64,000 nucleotides of DNA from Lama glama (taxonomy: Eukaryota): NCBI GenBank assembly GCA_028534125.1, contig CM052817.1:32056001-32120000 (forward strand), written 5' to 3'. Shown here piece by piece: positions 50,800 through 64,000 of this stretch. Below the pieces are notes generated by a model that saw only the letters and a program-made list of their open reading frames with translations, made no database searches and was not told the origin of the DNA. Each line of letters begins with the position of its first letter. Positions within the stretch are counted from its first letter, which is position 1. A program made the position numbers and the translations under genes.

Positions 50800-52145
50800 G
50801 GTGAGGTCCTGGCTTTGTGGGACCTGTAGTTTATTCAGTTCAGGAGACCCTCTTTTAGATGAAAGAATACAAACTTAAAAATACAAAGTCAAAGTTGGAA
50901 GAGACTATTTTAAAATGAGGAAAGAAATGACAATGGTTACAAATTTCAAAATGCTGACAAATGCCACAAATAAAATATTTTTTATTAATTAGTTATCTTA
51001 TACACCTCCCTAACACCCTTTTTTCCTACATTAAAAATTTTTTTGTCCCTTCATAAAAAAGATTTTGTAATATTTTCTCTGGTGAGAATAGAAATTTAAT
51101 TCAGATTTTCCTTGATTATGGTTCATCAAAAATTTTTCTCCTGTTGATAGCTGAGAACTTACCTCAGCTTCACAATCTGTTTGTACGGTCATGTGCATTT
51201 TACATTGATGGGGAAATGCCTATGATCCATATATGAGATTTCAGGACATTTTCTAATTTTCTGGTATAAGATGTAAACTTGAATACTGTTTGAATTGATA
51301 GCTCTTATTAACCAGTTTATTGCTATGTCCCCCTTGCAGTGATATGTGATGATTTCTATTATCTTTTTAGATGGCAGCATTTCATGTCAAAATAGCAAGA
51401 AATCTAAGTATTTTTCCAATCAAATATATTTTTCACTTCTCTTCCTTAATGGGATTATTGAGCAATCTCAAAATCGATTTATTACTTCTATTTGAAAATT
51501 TTCTCTTTCTCTTGATGAATTACTGCTTTTGGTCTGATCTGGAATTCTTTGGTCACAATTTGCTTTTCAATGTCAGAAAAATTCTAATTTCTATTGGTTT
51601 CATTCTTGACAATAACCATATTTCATATTCCACTAATTTTTTTAATCTGAATTTTCTTTCAGATGATAACTAGGTGAAGTGATGGGAGTGTTAGCTAACT
51701 TTATTGTGATAATCATTTCACAACAGATACATATATCATCATGTTGTACACCTTAAGTTTATACAGCTTTGTCAATTATACCTCAATAATGTTGGGGAAA
51801 TGTTTCCCTTTTGGCTTTGTAATAAAATAAATAATTCAAATGCTGTCTGTCACTTCTCACTTGTTTTACTGAAACTTTCCAAAACAACTTTCAAAATTGT
51901 AGCTGACACAGTCCCCACTCTGTTTCTCCTCAGCAGGACCCAAAAGTGCCTGTAATCACTCTAATGTCTTTGATATAAGGGAAATGACAGACAGGAATTC
52001 AAGATGGAAGGGGACAGCTATCTGAACCAATTGGGGTTAAAATATCTTACTTTTGAAAAGTTTATGTAAACGTCTGAGCACATTGCTGGGAACCCCTGCG
52101 GGGTCACTGGCTCCACCGTGCATTTTCCACGCCTCACTGTAACTC
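50800..52145. mobile_element. hAT-Tip100 (Arthur-like) DNA transposon remnant with a nested L1 3' end at ~51673-51800
   Basis: ctttgtgggacctgtagttta...ccctctttt...aaagaatacaaa and aatatcttacttttg...cacattgctggg resemble recalled Arthur1 segments. The interior is AT-rich. Confidence 0.5.
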
Positions 52146-52269
52146 CTTCCATTCCCAGGAAGTGCCAGGGTTTGGGGACAACTTTGTACTATTTATTGAT
52201 TCCATTCTGCTGTTCCTATCCATGCAGAAAACTGCTTTAGTTTAGATCAGGTGGATGGAAAGTCTAAAA

Positions 52270-52470
52270 TAGAGACAATTCAGAATTAGGAAATATTTTA
52301 AAATGCACATTAAAAAATAGACAAATCTAACATTATATTTGGTGATTTCAACTCTTTCAGTAACTGATGGAGTGGGTAGACAGTAAGGACATAGGAAACT
52401 TGAACAACATAACGAGTGAATGTGTCCTGATTGATATTTATAGAACACTGCATACTTGAAAATGTGCATT
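52270..52470 (+). mobile_element. Old L1 ORF2 endonuclease-region fragment
   Basis: ggtgatttcaac...gaaacttgaacaac...gatatttatagaacactgca. Confidence 0.6.
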
Positions 52471-53129
52471 TAAAGGTATGAAGCAGAAATCAAGAAACTG
52501 GTCTAGATTTGTCTCTGCAATAACTTGACCTTGGGTATGTCACTTATATGTCTGTAAAATGAAAGAAATGCGGATCTGCTTAACTAAATAACTAGATGGT
52601 TTCTAAGATCTCCTTTAATTCTAAAACTCTATGAACTTGATATACATATGGAACACACACTGGGCTGTTTGCAAGAAGAGAGCAAATCAGACTTTTTCTT
52701 AAAGAAAAAACTTGCAATAATTATTTGCAATTAGTGTGATTATTTATTGTGTGCTACTAAGCTTGAAAATTTTGGTTTAATAAATGGGTTAAACGTTTGC
52801 TCTCTATATATTATTATATATATTATATTTAATATTTATATTATTAATAGGCTTAGAATCCCACATTCTTCTGTTATAGTATACAATTTACTTACAGCCC
52901 AACTCTATGGTGTTACCACTGATTCAATGTTATCAAGATAATATTGTGTGTGTATATTTCTAGACAAAGCATCATTGGAGCATTAGGCTTTTTTTTATTG
53001 TTGAAAATATGCTATCTTCTGGTGAAAAAGTATTGTTTTTAAAATAATTTAAATTAAAAAAAAGGCCCTTTACTATAATCTCAAATTTTACTGTATTCTC
53101 AAATTTTATTGTCTCTTGGAAAGATCAAT

Positions 53130-53880
53130 GCTACTTCCATCTGGCCAGCCAGTCTGCAAGTCTTTAGATTTCTGAAAGCAGGTGTTGAAGCCTGAGTGTT
53201 GGGACCCCAGTTCATTCTCTCCCAGAAGGCCCTGGGCTCCTTATGCAAATTCATTCCATCCTCCCCCAGCAAACTGCTTTGCATTCTGGAGGTCTCCCGG
53301 TGAACCGTTCCAGGATTCCTCCTGCTACACCCTTTGCCCTCCTTCAACGCTTCCTGGACAATGCATTGCATAAGTAAGAGGGGCGGATCAATTGATTCTT
53401 TCCAGGACAACAAGGTGTGCTGCGACGCCCTCTGTGGGACAGAGGATCAGCTGGAATGACTGAGCACCTTTGCTCATCAGGCCTCACGTTTCAAGTTGGC
53501 CTTAGTAAAGTGCTCATCACATAGACAATCAGGCGCACACATCTGGGGCACACAACACCACATAATGAGGGTGGGGATGTCTTGGCCTTTACGAACACTT
53601 TATAGGATAATACATCTGCCCTTTCATGCCTCCTTGCTTCAATCTTCCCCCGGGAGATGCTGGTGGCTTGGGAAGGAGTTGCTGGCATCCAACCCTCAGA
53701 TCTTCTTCTTCCCTTTCTCTGGGATCAGCCTGCAGAAAGCACATGCCTTGTTCTGCAATTGGCTACCCAATAAAGACTCTGCCTGGTGGGGTGAGACCTG
53801 CAGTTTTCTAGGTCGGCTTGTGGCTGAGTGGGTGGGTGAGTCTGTCTAATCCTTGGTTTCAATTGTTAGGACACCCACTG
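53130..53880 (+). mobile_element. ERV LTR-like element
   Basis: Contains octamer atgcaaat (53243-53250), aataaa (~53769) and a MER21/MER77-like end (gtttcaattgttaggacaccc). Confidence 0.45.
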
Positions 53881-54202
53881 TTGCTGCCCAGCTAAAGCAC
53901 ATGGTCCCATTCAGTTTTTTCCAATAATTAAGCTGCTCATTTTTTTTTGACCTCCACCTGTTTGCTCCCTTTATATCTCAGACAGTTCCAAGATTGGGTG
54001 GGGAAGAAGGGTGCTGTTATTGACTCCTTTGAACCTCGCACTATGTGTCAGGACACAGGGAATTAAACTAATTAAGACACAGTTCCTTCCCAGCATGGGT
54101 GGACAATATAGCAACTGTGAAGAGGTAAAAATTACAAACTTGCAAGGGTAACACACACCCAAACGAGGCAGTCCTAATCCTTTCTTGCTTTATCCACCAG
54201 CA

Positions 54203-54637
54203 TGTTATTCCACCTCGGAATGAGTCATCTCATGGGACTACTCCAGACTGAACTGCACATTAAAGGAGATTTAGCATGAAAACTGTGGATGTGCCTGCAC
54301 GCGGGACATCTCACAGAAGTGGCTGGACTTGTCTGCAAGCAGAATTTCCTGCCAAGTGACCCCGCCTGATCCTGGGAGAAACATTGCTTGCAAACAAGGA
54401 TGTTTATTAGTTCCTCAAAAGGAACAGGCCTGGGAACAGGAGGGTCTGATTGTAAGATAAGGAAATAAAGAAGAAGAATGTCTTAGATGTAGTGCGCTTG
54501 TGTCAATTCAAAAAATGCTTACTAACTGCGCTTGGTAAAGGTTGCTCTTTTGTGTAAAGGATATAAAAATAAAGGAACCCGAATCTCGGGAGACATTTTG
54601 CACCACAACCACTCTGTGTTTCATTTCGTCGGCAACA
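54203..54637 (+). mobile_element. Possible ERV solo LTR
   Basis: tgtt...aaca termini, with overlapping TATA/polyA tataaaaataaa at ~54562-54573. No clear TSD. Confidence 0.4.
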
Positions 54638-55337
54638 GCATATAGTGAAGCTAGTGGTGTGGGGAGTATCTCAAGAGTCTCCATGTGTGTATTTGGTTGC
54701 TTTTCTAATAAAGATGGAACAGTTTTTAAAAAACAGAATGGGAGAGAATAGACAGAGAGGTGCAGGAAGAGGAGGAGGGAGCAAACTGGAAACATGTCCA
54801 GCAGACCCTGGAGCTGAGCTTGTTCTGACTTGCCGGGGAGCTGTGGAGAACATCATCGCATCTGCCGTGTCCTGCCCGTGTAAGTCAGCAAGTGTCCCTT
54901 GATCGTGTGCTAAGTGGCAGGTACATGTCACAATCTTTGTCCTTGGTTTCAAAGTCCCTCCATTGGGCTGTGCTGGCATGCTGGGTGAAACTTCTATTTT
55001 AGATCGACTGATTACCCCCTGAGCCCCAAATACAACTTCACTTTTCCTGACTTTGTCCCTTGTCTAGATGTCAGTCCATTTACCTGGAACGGCCTTTCCC
55101 CAATCCCTGCCCTTTGTAATCTTCTCCATCCTTCCAAGCCCACCTGCCTTGATAATCTTAGATGTGAGCTTTCGCTCTGTGTAAGAAAGACCCATCTTTG
55201 GCTATTTCTGGATCTGTTTGCTTAGTGACTTATCTGCTGAATTTCATTTTCTTCTCCAGATTTCTCTAGTGGGGCCCCTGAATTGGTTTCTCATAGTTCT
55301 GTCATGTCAGGAGTCTAATTTAAAATGACTTCACAGA

Positions 55338-55604
55338 GGTGAGCGTAGAGCTCAGTGGTAGAGCATGCTTAGCATGCATGAGGTCCTGGGTTCAATGCCC
55401 AGTATCTCTGTTAACAAAAATGAATAAATTTTATTGTGTTTTTTCGGCAGGGGGAGGTAATTAGGTTTATTTATTTATTTTACTGGAGGGACTGGGGATT
55501 GAACCCAGGACCTTGTGCATGCTAAGCACATGCTCTACCACTGAGCTATACCCCTCCCCCATAAAAATGAATAAATTAAAAAAAATAAAATATATAAAAA
55601 TAAA
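55338..55604 (+). mobile_element. Vic-1-like SINE (outer)
   Basis: agctcagtggtagagcatgcttagcatgcatgaggtcctgggttcaat. TSD taaaatgacttcacaga at 55321-55337 and 55605-55621. Confidence 0.92.
55431..55562 (-). mobile_element. Vic-1-like SINE nested antisense in the tail of the outer SINE
   Basis: TSD aaaaatgaataaatt at 55416-55430 and 55563-55577. Confidence 0.92.
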
Positions 55605-56634
55605 TAAAATGACTTCACAGACACAGACCAATCTCTCACACTTCTCAAAAGACACGTGTGTGGATAGCTACTTGATTAATTTGTTAATGTATCTTGTTTG
55701 TTTCAGTTCAGATCATATACTTTTGGAGGGATGTATATTTTGCATCTTCTAAGATACTTACTTAACAATTGATGCTCAATTAGTGGCAGAAGAGAATGAA
55801 TAGATTCTCCCTGAATTCTGGAAGACATAAATCAAAGAAGTCTACTATAAAGCCCCAAATACTTAATCCTAAAACTTTGTATGCATTTGGCATCCCTGTC
55901 TGAAGCATACCCATATTTCTTTAACATAAAAATGTTATGAATTGCTTATACTAGGTGAACTTAATGCTTTGAAAAGCTGTGCAATATTGAATTTCTGAGT
56001 CTATTTATCCTCTGATACACGGCCACTGTTGTGTATTCCAGTTTGAGAAGCATGGTTAATAGATGTTCAATAAATATTTCTTGGATGAATAAATGAATGA
56101 AAAATCTGATAATACTAATGGGAATCTTGTATTTAGGTAGCTCCTTCCAGAGATTTACATACTGAGTTACTGTCTTCTGGGGAACTAACTCACCAGCAAG
56201 AGTTTGATCTGCACTTCTTTCAAGTCAGGCCACCGAGGGCAAGGATGCAATCATTTCTTGCTATAATTAGCTTCCCTTTATAGGTGGGAAAGTGGAGGCT
56301 TAGGCAGGTAAATGAGCACCACATTATTTGCAAGTAAAATAGACCATAATAGCCATGACTCCCAGGGCCCCCAGTGCCCCCAGCTCAGGTCTTCACAGGG
56401 CCCTCTTCCTGCTGGGTTGACATTGCTTGAGCACTTGAAACTCCACCACTGGGCCAAGAGCTCCTCCTTGCCCAGACGATGTCTTGATTATCTCTGTGCA
56501 GTCAGGCTCCCAGGAAGTGTGAGAATGAATAAGGAAACATGTATAAATCCAATAAATTGCTGAATCAGTCTTGATTTTCCAGGCCTGGCTTCTAAGGAAG
56601 ATTTTTTTTTTTAAACTTGTGGTAAGATGTTTTT

Positions 56635-56777
56635 CTTCTTTTTTTTTTAGTTATTATTTTTTTGGCTGGAGGAGGTAACTAGGTTTATTTTTTTTTTTAA
56701 AGGAGGTCCTGGGGATTGAGCCCAGGACCTTGTGTATGCTAAGAATGCGATCAACCACTTGAGCTCTACCCTCTCCT
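56635..56777 (-). mobile_element. Vic-1-like SINE
   Basis: ggaggtcctggggattgagcccaggaccttgtgtatgctaag...ctctaccctctcc. Confidence 0.88.
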
Positions 56778-57424
56778 AGACGTTCTTAATTATAAGTCTA
56801 AATGAAAGAAAATCTAAATGCTTGTATTAGAACATGAACTCAATGTTTCTTCAGACTTTCTTATTCTATTTTTGTTGTATTGAAAATGTTCACTCAAGCA
56901 GATCTTCTTTACTTTGGATTGATTCCCTTCGATTCTTTGGGAAGCCCTCGTGACCCAGGCCATGGTGATTGTTTTTGCTGGTCTCTGAGAACAGGCACTT
57001 CTGCATCTTCTCTTGCAGGAACAAAGCTTACTCGTCTTCTGTGGGGAGAACACTAATGGTCCCAGCCACCACTCTTACACCAGCCCTGAATTAAACTAGC
57101 TGTAGGTAGATTTAAGGAGGGCCCCTTGCTAACTATTTTATAGATACAGATGGCAATTCTACAGCTTCTAATAGTTTTTAAAAACAGGTAGATTGAGATA
57201 CAGATCACATACCGTAAAATTCACCCATTTATATCAGTCAGTAGCTCTTGGTGGATTTGCAGAACTGTGCAACCATTACCACCCTCAATTTTGGAACATT
57301 TCCCCAGAAAGAACCATCTACCTTTTGGCCATCACCCCCCAATTTCTCCCCCAGTGGGGAAACTAGCCGTGTGCATGATGAGAAATCTCTGTGGCAGGGA
57401 CAAGAGTTGGCTTTGTTTGAATAT

Positions 57425-57900
57425 GCATTAGTCAGGATCACTGTGTTTCCAAGTAACAGAAATCCAGTTAAACTGGCTTGGGCAAAAAGAAAGATTTATT
57501 ACTAGGATTCATGACAACTTCAAACAAACAAACCGTGGGGAGGACATACAGGCAGCTGGGTCTTAGAAACAAATAGAACGAGGGACTTGAACGTGGCCAA
57601 GACTCTTCTTTCTTTTCTGTGCTTCTTTTCATTTTTTCTCTCAAAGAAAGCACTTTCTCCCACAGAATGGGAAACAGTAGCATCTCCCCTGCTTCCCATT
57701 GCATGCCCTTCACCACCAGGGAACTTAAAAGCAATTCAGACCCCTGAAGCCTCCAACATGGACAAATGCCCCTGGAAGATGACCAGGCCAACCTGCCAAA
57801 ATTATTATTGATTTGTGGGGTGGGTTTTCTTCTAGGGGCTATGATGATGTTGTGCTTCAAACGTAGGATGAGAGAGAAATGGTGGTTAATGACAGCCAAC
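57425..57900 (-). mobile_element. Old MaLR LTR (MLT1I/J-like)
   Basis: gcattagtcaggatcactgtgtttccaagtaacagaaatccagttaaactggctt...gatttatt. Confidence 0.55.
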
Positions 57901-59739
57901 ATCTGGTTACAAATTAAAAATGGAAAGTGATACAAATTAAGAGGCATGTTTACTTCACACTATGTGCTTAAAATCCAATAATAGTCATGATGCGATCAAA
58001 TCTGTGGGAGAGATCATAAAGATAAGGTTAGAAACAAGGATGAAATAAGGATGGAAAGTTAAGTGTCACATAGTCAGGACAAAACAAGCTGTGTGTGGAG
58101 CCTTTAGAAAGTGTCCTTCAGGGATGTCCTTTCTCTTTCTACTCCCTCTTTCTTATTCTTGATGGTCTGAATGAGGATGTGAAGCCTGAGGCTGAAGCAA
58201 TTATCCTAAATCACAAAGTGGAATCTGTCTGTTGGGCATGGTGAGCAAGGGGATTGAAAGGGCTGGGTTCCGGATGACTGTGGAGCCATCGAACCAGCCC
58301 GGGGTTACTCATGCCAAAGTTTCTATGAGAGAGACAAGCCTCAGTCTTGTCCAAGCCACTGTTCTTTTGGAACTTCTGTTATACTTGGTCAAACTATGGG
58401 ATGAAAAATTGCAATAAAGTATTTCCTAGTCTAATAATTTTTCAGTCTCAATGGATTATACTGACAGGGTAGCACAATGATTTTTGCAGATAAAGTCTCA
58501 AAAAAAAACAAAAAACAAAAAACCAAAACCCTTACTTCCTATGTGTTCTTTCTCAGGAAGTCACTGGAGTAAACCAAGGAAGAGGAAGACAAGGGATTCT
58601 GGCAATGGGGACCCTACACAAGAGAGAGGTGGAACCACCTCTCAGATGGGGCTGGAGGGAAGCACCCCTCCCTCCCAGACAGCAGGCGTGCGGCCAGCCC
58701 GGGGAGCAGCCTGTCCAGGCTGGAGCGCACCAGGAGAGAGGACTCTCAGGAGAAGGAGGACTGCTGGAAGACCTCGCAGGTTTGACCATCAAGGTTTTAC
58801 AGCTCTGGGGGATAATTTGAAAATGAATTTGTGATTGTCACAAGTGAGCAAATGAAAAAAAATCAATTATAAACTAAGGAGGACACAAAAATTACATGAA
58901 AAGTAAAATACAATCGCGGTATCCTCATAGCTCAGCAGCGGCATAATCCTACTGCAATTAACACACTATGGAGTTAATAAAAACTGTGAAATAATTGAAA
59001 CAACTATACTGGATGGAAGGAGGTAAGATTGTGTGTGTGAGTGTATGCCTGTTGCGGGTGTGGGTGTTCGTGCGTAGGAAGAAGAGATGTGAACTCCCAC
59101 TTTCTACAATAAAAAAATCAGTAACGTCTAATTTTTTAAAAAATCAAGAAGTAGAGATATGGAAGTAAATACCAAAGAAACAGTTGAAGAGTTGAAACTG
59201 GTTGCCTCTGAGGAATCGGAATCAGGGCTGGGAGGAGTGGGCCAAGGGGAAGATGTTTTGTCCTGACTATGTGACACTTAAAACTAAGTATTCTATTACT
59301 TTGATAAGAGTACAACTAAATTAATGAAATGAAATAAAACTACTTGACTCTATAATCTCTAAGCTCCTTGGAGAGAGGTTAGATTGAATGTAAGAACACT
59401 GGAAACAAATGAGAAGAGAGGACATTTTTAGGAAGAATTAGTCTGCAAAACAGAATCCTAGTTCAAAACGATTCATGTAGCTTTGTCTTTGTTATTTATC
59501 AATAAGAAAAAAATGTCTATTCATTCACTCATCCATTCATTCATGAACAAATGTCTATCGAGGGCCTGGTATATGCCACAGTCCACACCGAGGGCCAGGC
59601 CTACAAAGACGAGATTGGCTTAGTGCCCACCGCACGGAGTTTACACTCTAATCTTGGCGCTCCCTACTCTGCTCACTGCAAAGTAAATATATCCTACTCT
59701 GGGCTAACTATTTTCTATATAGTGACACAAACCTTCATT

Positions 59740-59875
59740 ATGACTCCACAAAGGCAGCCTCACAGATGAGGAAACTAGGCTCAGAAAGGCTAAGTCCCTT
59801 AGTCAATTTCATTGGGAGGCTGGAGTCAAGATCTGAACCCAGGGCAGGTGGATTCCACAACCCATTCTCCTTCCA
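59740..59875 (-). mobile_element. MIR SINE
   Basis: acagatgaggaaactaggctcagaaaggctaagt...gatctgaacccagg. Confidence 0.7.
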
Positions 59876-62800
59876 CTGCCCTCCCTGACACACTCAGGGA
59901 GGTTAGTGAGGATGACAGCTACCATTCATCCAGTGCCTGTTATGCACCAGGCATTGGGCTAAGGGCTTTACACGCATTTGTTCTGACCTATGTTTAAGAA
60001 GACTGTTAGTGCTGAAAAATGCCAGTCACCTGCTCCCCCAGGCATCCTTGCATCAAGGGCATCTGGTCTAATCTCCATCAATCAGACTTTGACTCAGAAG
60101 CCAGTGATGCCAAAGGCAAAGATGGGAGCAATCCTTTGGCAGTGTGGAAATGCCACTCAGATCTCCCGTCAAGAGACCTGCTGTGAGGGTATAATTAACT
60201 GAAAGCCGTTGACAGCCTTTTGCAGCATTCATGACAAGTCTCTGCTTTAACCAAGCAGCTTGATTCAGTGCAAGGGAACAGAGCGGGTGCAGGAGCTGGG
60301 CTATTCCTCTTCAATGCGAGATGCTCCAGAGGCTCCTGTTCTGCCTGTTGGAGACTTTCACAGAAGTCACTATGGCCTGAGGCTCTTCTTACCCGAACCT
60401 GCCTCCTTCCCTCTCTCTTTTCACAGGTATCAGCCCTGCACCGTGGTCTGAATGCTCTTCCTTCCTACTCTTGCTCCCTCCCCCTTTGTCTTTTCTGGGC
60501 ATTTCCCTCAATCAGTCTCTTCCACTTCTAAGTCTGTCTTCATGTCTGCTTTTCCAGGGGCCCAAACTGACCCAGGCTCTCTGGAGGTGGTGGCAGAAAT
60601 GGCAGCTGAAAAGGCAGGCTCCGGGGCAGTGGTGGCTTGGACACCCGTAGCAGAGGCTATTGTGAAATTGTTGAGTGCCCAGCCTGGACAAGACTGTGGA
60701 GCAAACTATGACATCCTGGCTCAAAGCAGCAGAGGTTCTCTCTTCAGTTATACAGCAGGGATTTTCGGCTACTGTTCTTGGAATTTTAGCCAAGAGTTAG
60801 TCCATGGCTAAGCTGTGTTTTAAAAAAAAAATTTGTTTTAATTGGAATGAGCTGTGATTTGAATACAGGTTGGTTTATTTCCAAGGTCCTACTCTTAATA
60901 TTTGCATTACGTTCCTCATTTTGCCAGTTCAAAAGAACGTGGAGATCACACGTGTAACTTTAGTTGGAAATCCAACAGCGGGCTCTGGGAGTTGAGGCTG
61001 GCTCCGTGCCTCTACTGATTTCTCTAGTTGGTGTTACTGAACAAATATTCGTTTGGGGCAGCATAATGGTTCCTAGAGGAGAAATTAGTTCAAGCCCTAC
61101 ACTTGCATTTCGTAACCTGAGTAGTCCTCTTTCTGTCTTTCCTGTGTCCGGGGGGACATAGGATGAATGCTCAAAGGCATTTGCTTTCATTTTTATACCC
61201 CCTTAACTTCTGGGGAAAACACTGGACGTGGGTGTCTTGGTTTGGGCAAAGCTGGTTCTGTATTGAGTAAACCCCAGCATTTCCATGGCTCAGTCACACA
61301 TCGAAGTCCATGGCCAGGGTTCCCAGTCCAAGGGCTGGTCTTCCTCCTTGGAGTGATTCAGGGACGCAGGCTCCTTTCCTCTTGTGGCTCAGCCTTTCCC
61401 AGGGCTGAAAGGGAGAGAGGGGGAGAAAGGCAGCGCTTTTTAACCTCCTTGTCTGGCAGCAACACTCATCACTTGATCACCTTCTGCTGGTGACAACTAG
61501 CCACTCAAGATCGCACAGAGATGTCAGGGGAATTGAGAATTGCAGCCCCTGGCTGGCAGTTTCTCTCCAGTAACAACTCTTGGTATGGACAGAGGACAAG
61601 CAGATAGATAGTTAACCTTCTCTGCCATAGGGAGCTTCCACATTTTCTCTACGCAAGGAAAAACATTTACCTGTCCAAACTAGAGAGGAATGGGGGCAAA
61701 GAATGTGCCTCCATTTCCTCATTGCTGCAAGTTGAAGGAAGTCTGATTATCTCAAGCAAAACCCAGTACTTTGAAGACTCTGCCTAAAACAGATCCAAAG
61801 GCCATCAGCTTCTTAGAGAAGTCCATTACTTTTTTTATTTTATTGAAGATAAGTGACTTCTTTCTTTTGAATAGATCGTATGGGAAAAAAAAAAGATGTT
61901 CATATTTTCTAGGTAAGGAGCCTGTCCATTTGAATATTACCTCCAAACAGAGCCACCTAAATATCCAGCCAAGAAGAATGGTTTAGTGAATTACATATAA
62001 CCATGCCATGGAAGAATAAACAACTATTGAAAGTCACATTACACAAGAGAGTTTATCGACAAGAGAAAATATTCATAATGTATTAGGCCAAAAAAAGCAG
62101 GCAACCAAGGATAATTAAATAAATACTAATCAAGTACTAACTAAAATGAAAAGAACTAACAGAACTATACATTCTTCTTCTTCTTTTTTTTAAAAAGAGG
62201 ATTGTGATAGATTGCATGATTGTTCAGAAATACTTCCTGCCTCCTTTGTACAGACTCTGCCCATTGAGGTCAGCTTGGCTACTGAGTTTGGCGTGTGGGA
62301 GGAAGTGATGTGGTCCTTCCATGAGACCTGCAGGCAGGTGCTGTTCCTAAGCCTGTGTCCCAGATGTACAGTGATGGAGAGGGGCTATAGCCGGTCCATA
62401 ATGGGCATGTGATGAGAGTGAGAAATAAACATGTAAAACACAAACTGAGCTGATCTTCAAGTGGCACAGATGCTCTTGAAAAAAATTAATGAGCATAACT
62501 GAGAGCTTGAAGTGACATGAATGGGTTTCTCCTTATTTCACCTCTTCAAAGAAAAACATTGTTGTTTTTTTTTGCTAGATTAGAATATCTTTATTATACT
62601 ATAAAAAGTATTACCTCCTAGCAGAGATTCTTCTCTTCTGGTAAAAAGAAAAACAGTCCCAATGTGTTCTGGCAAAACTGATGTGTTCATACTCCAAGGA
62701 ATAGGGGAGACAGAAGGAAGCAGTGGGCAGTGCTTATAATAATGGGCTTCATTTGTTTTCATGTAAAATTAGGTATAAATGGAAATTTGAGGTCAAAGAA

Positions 62801-63056
62801 GAGATTCTGACAAAAATGAAATGGCCATCACCTTTGAAATTAAATTAAAACCAGGCAGACTTTAAATGTAAAAACTGAGGTAGCAGAGGTGAATTACATA
62901 TCATGGATGCATTCATAGAGCAGGGCAAACCAAATGATGCTGTGATCAGTTATACAAGCAAGTCATGTCCTGTACGTGATGAGTAAAAATTATCCAGTAA
63001 CAGTAATTAAAGAGCAATGAAATTCAGTGGAGAACAAGGTAATTAAAAGTTCATAT

Positions 63057-63318
63057 AAAAATTTAAAAAGAAAAAAGAGAACACTAATGAACTCATCCAC
63101 AAAAGAAACAGACTCGCAGACATAGTAAATAATCTTATGGTTACCAGAGAAAGGGGGTGGGAAGGGACAAATTTGGGAGTTTGAGATTTGCAAATGTTAA
63201 CCACTATATATAAAAATAGATAAAACCCAAATTTCTTCTGTATAACACAGGGAACCATATTCAGTATCTTGTAATAACCTTTAATGAAAAAGACTATGAA
63301 AACAAATTTATGTATATG

Positions 63319-63354
<36 letters not shown>

Positions 63355-63431
63355 TACACATACACATGACAGGGACATTATGCTGTACACCAGAAATGGA
63401 CACATTTTAACTGACTATACTTCAATTAGAA
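63057..63431 (+). mobile_element. L1 3' end insertion with an internal (CA)n
   Basis: gaaacagactcgcagacatagtaaataatcttatggttacc...gactatacttcaattagaaa. TSD aaaagttcatat at 63045-63056 and 63432-63443. Confidence 0.9.
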
Positions 63432-64000
63432 AAAAGTTCATATGAGCATTCTATTTGACTCATGATATTTGGGAATGAAATTAAAAGCAACTTTTTTAAT
63501 TGACTACAGGAACAATAATAATTCAAACTTACAAGCTACAAAGGAAAGGGTCAGGACTCATGATCAAATTACTCACAATGTGCCACAGAAGGACAAAATG
63601 GTAAGTCAGGAAAATGATTGTAAACACAAGTAAAACAGTATCCCTTTGTAGAAAGGAAGGGAAAAACTCTGATCCCTCTGGCATCCTGAGTGCCACCCTT
63701 ATATCTGCAGTTGGAAAACAGTCAGAATGAGTTAGAAGCCTAGAGAAGGCAATAAACATGATCTCAGGGTGGAGAGGCTATTGCTGTAACTGCCAAACAC
63801 GTACTTGCCTACTTCATGCTTAGCACAGGCCAACGCGGTATATAAAACTTTACAGCAGAGACTTTGACAGCTGCTCACCAAAACTTGGTTTCTTTCCTTT
63901 CTGTTTAGCTCACAGCTAGACAGCATTTTCCAGACTCCCTTGAAGTAAGCTATTATCAAAGTATTAAAGAGAAGACCAAACCCCACTAAGACAAAAATTG

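Noticed and set aside
6718..51170. Isolated near-perfect minus-strand donors (6723, 27315, 45979, ~51160)
   Set aside because: No convincing paired acceptor or promoter; several such 9-mers are expected by chance, and some lie in repeats.
2111..56777. tRNA-like A/B-box sequences as tRNA genes
   Set aside because: All carry SINE tails, mostly with TSDs, and are divergent; they are SINEs, not tRNAs.
2111..56777. Strand bias of Vic-1 copies (7 minus, 2 plus)
   Set aside because: Two-sided binomial probability is about 0.18, not significant.
1..64000. CRISPR array, operon or other prokaryote-type system
   Set aside because: No regularly spaced direct repeats or gene-dense ORFs; the sequence is typical mammalian repeat-rich DNA.

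Overview
Mammalian nuclear DNA, most likely from a camelid: it carries nine copies of a tRNA-derived SINE that I recognise as the camelid Vic-1 type, plus lineage-type L1 3' ends. I can support no intact protein-coding ORF. The long ORFs in the track lie in repeats (L1, L2, microsatellites) or in the GC-rich island. A CpG-island promoter at about 5850-6560 has splice donors facing both ways. It probably heads an unidentified minus-strand gene that runs off the left edge, with a candidate exon acceptor at 175. The remaining ~57 kb is upstream/intergenic DNA full of L1, L2, MIR, MaLR/ERVL LTRs and hAT DNA transposons. The most notable signals are: a perfect RFX X-box with an inverted CCAAT pair and an adjacent donor (~15.1 kb); a scrambled, polyadenylated L1-mosaic insertion (~21.9-23.1 kb); an E-box cluster (~40.6 kb); convergent CTCF motifs; and a nested inverted SINE pair (~55.3 kb). 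Repeat family names come from recalled consensus sequences, not from a database search, and most repeat boundaries are approximate. I see no convincing evidence of a wholly new biological system.
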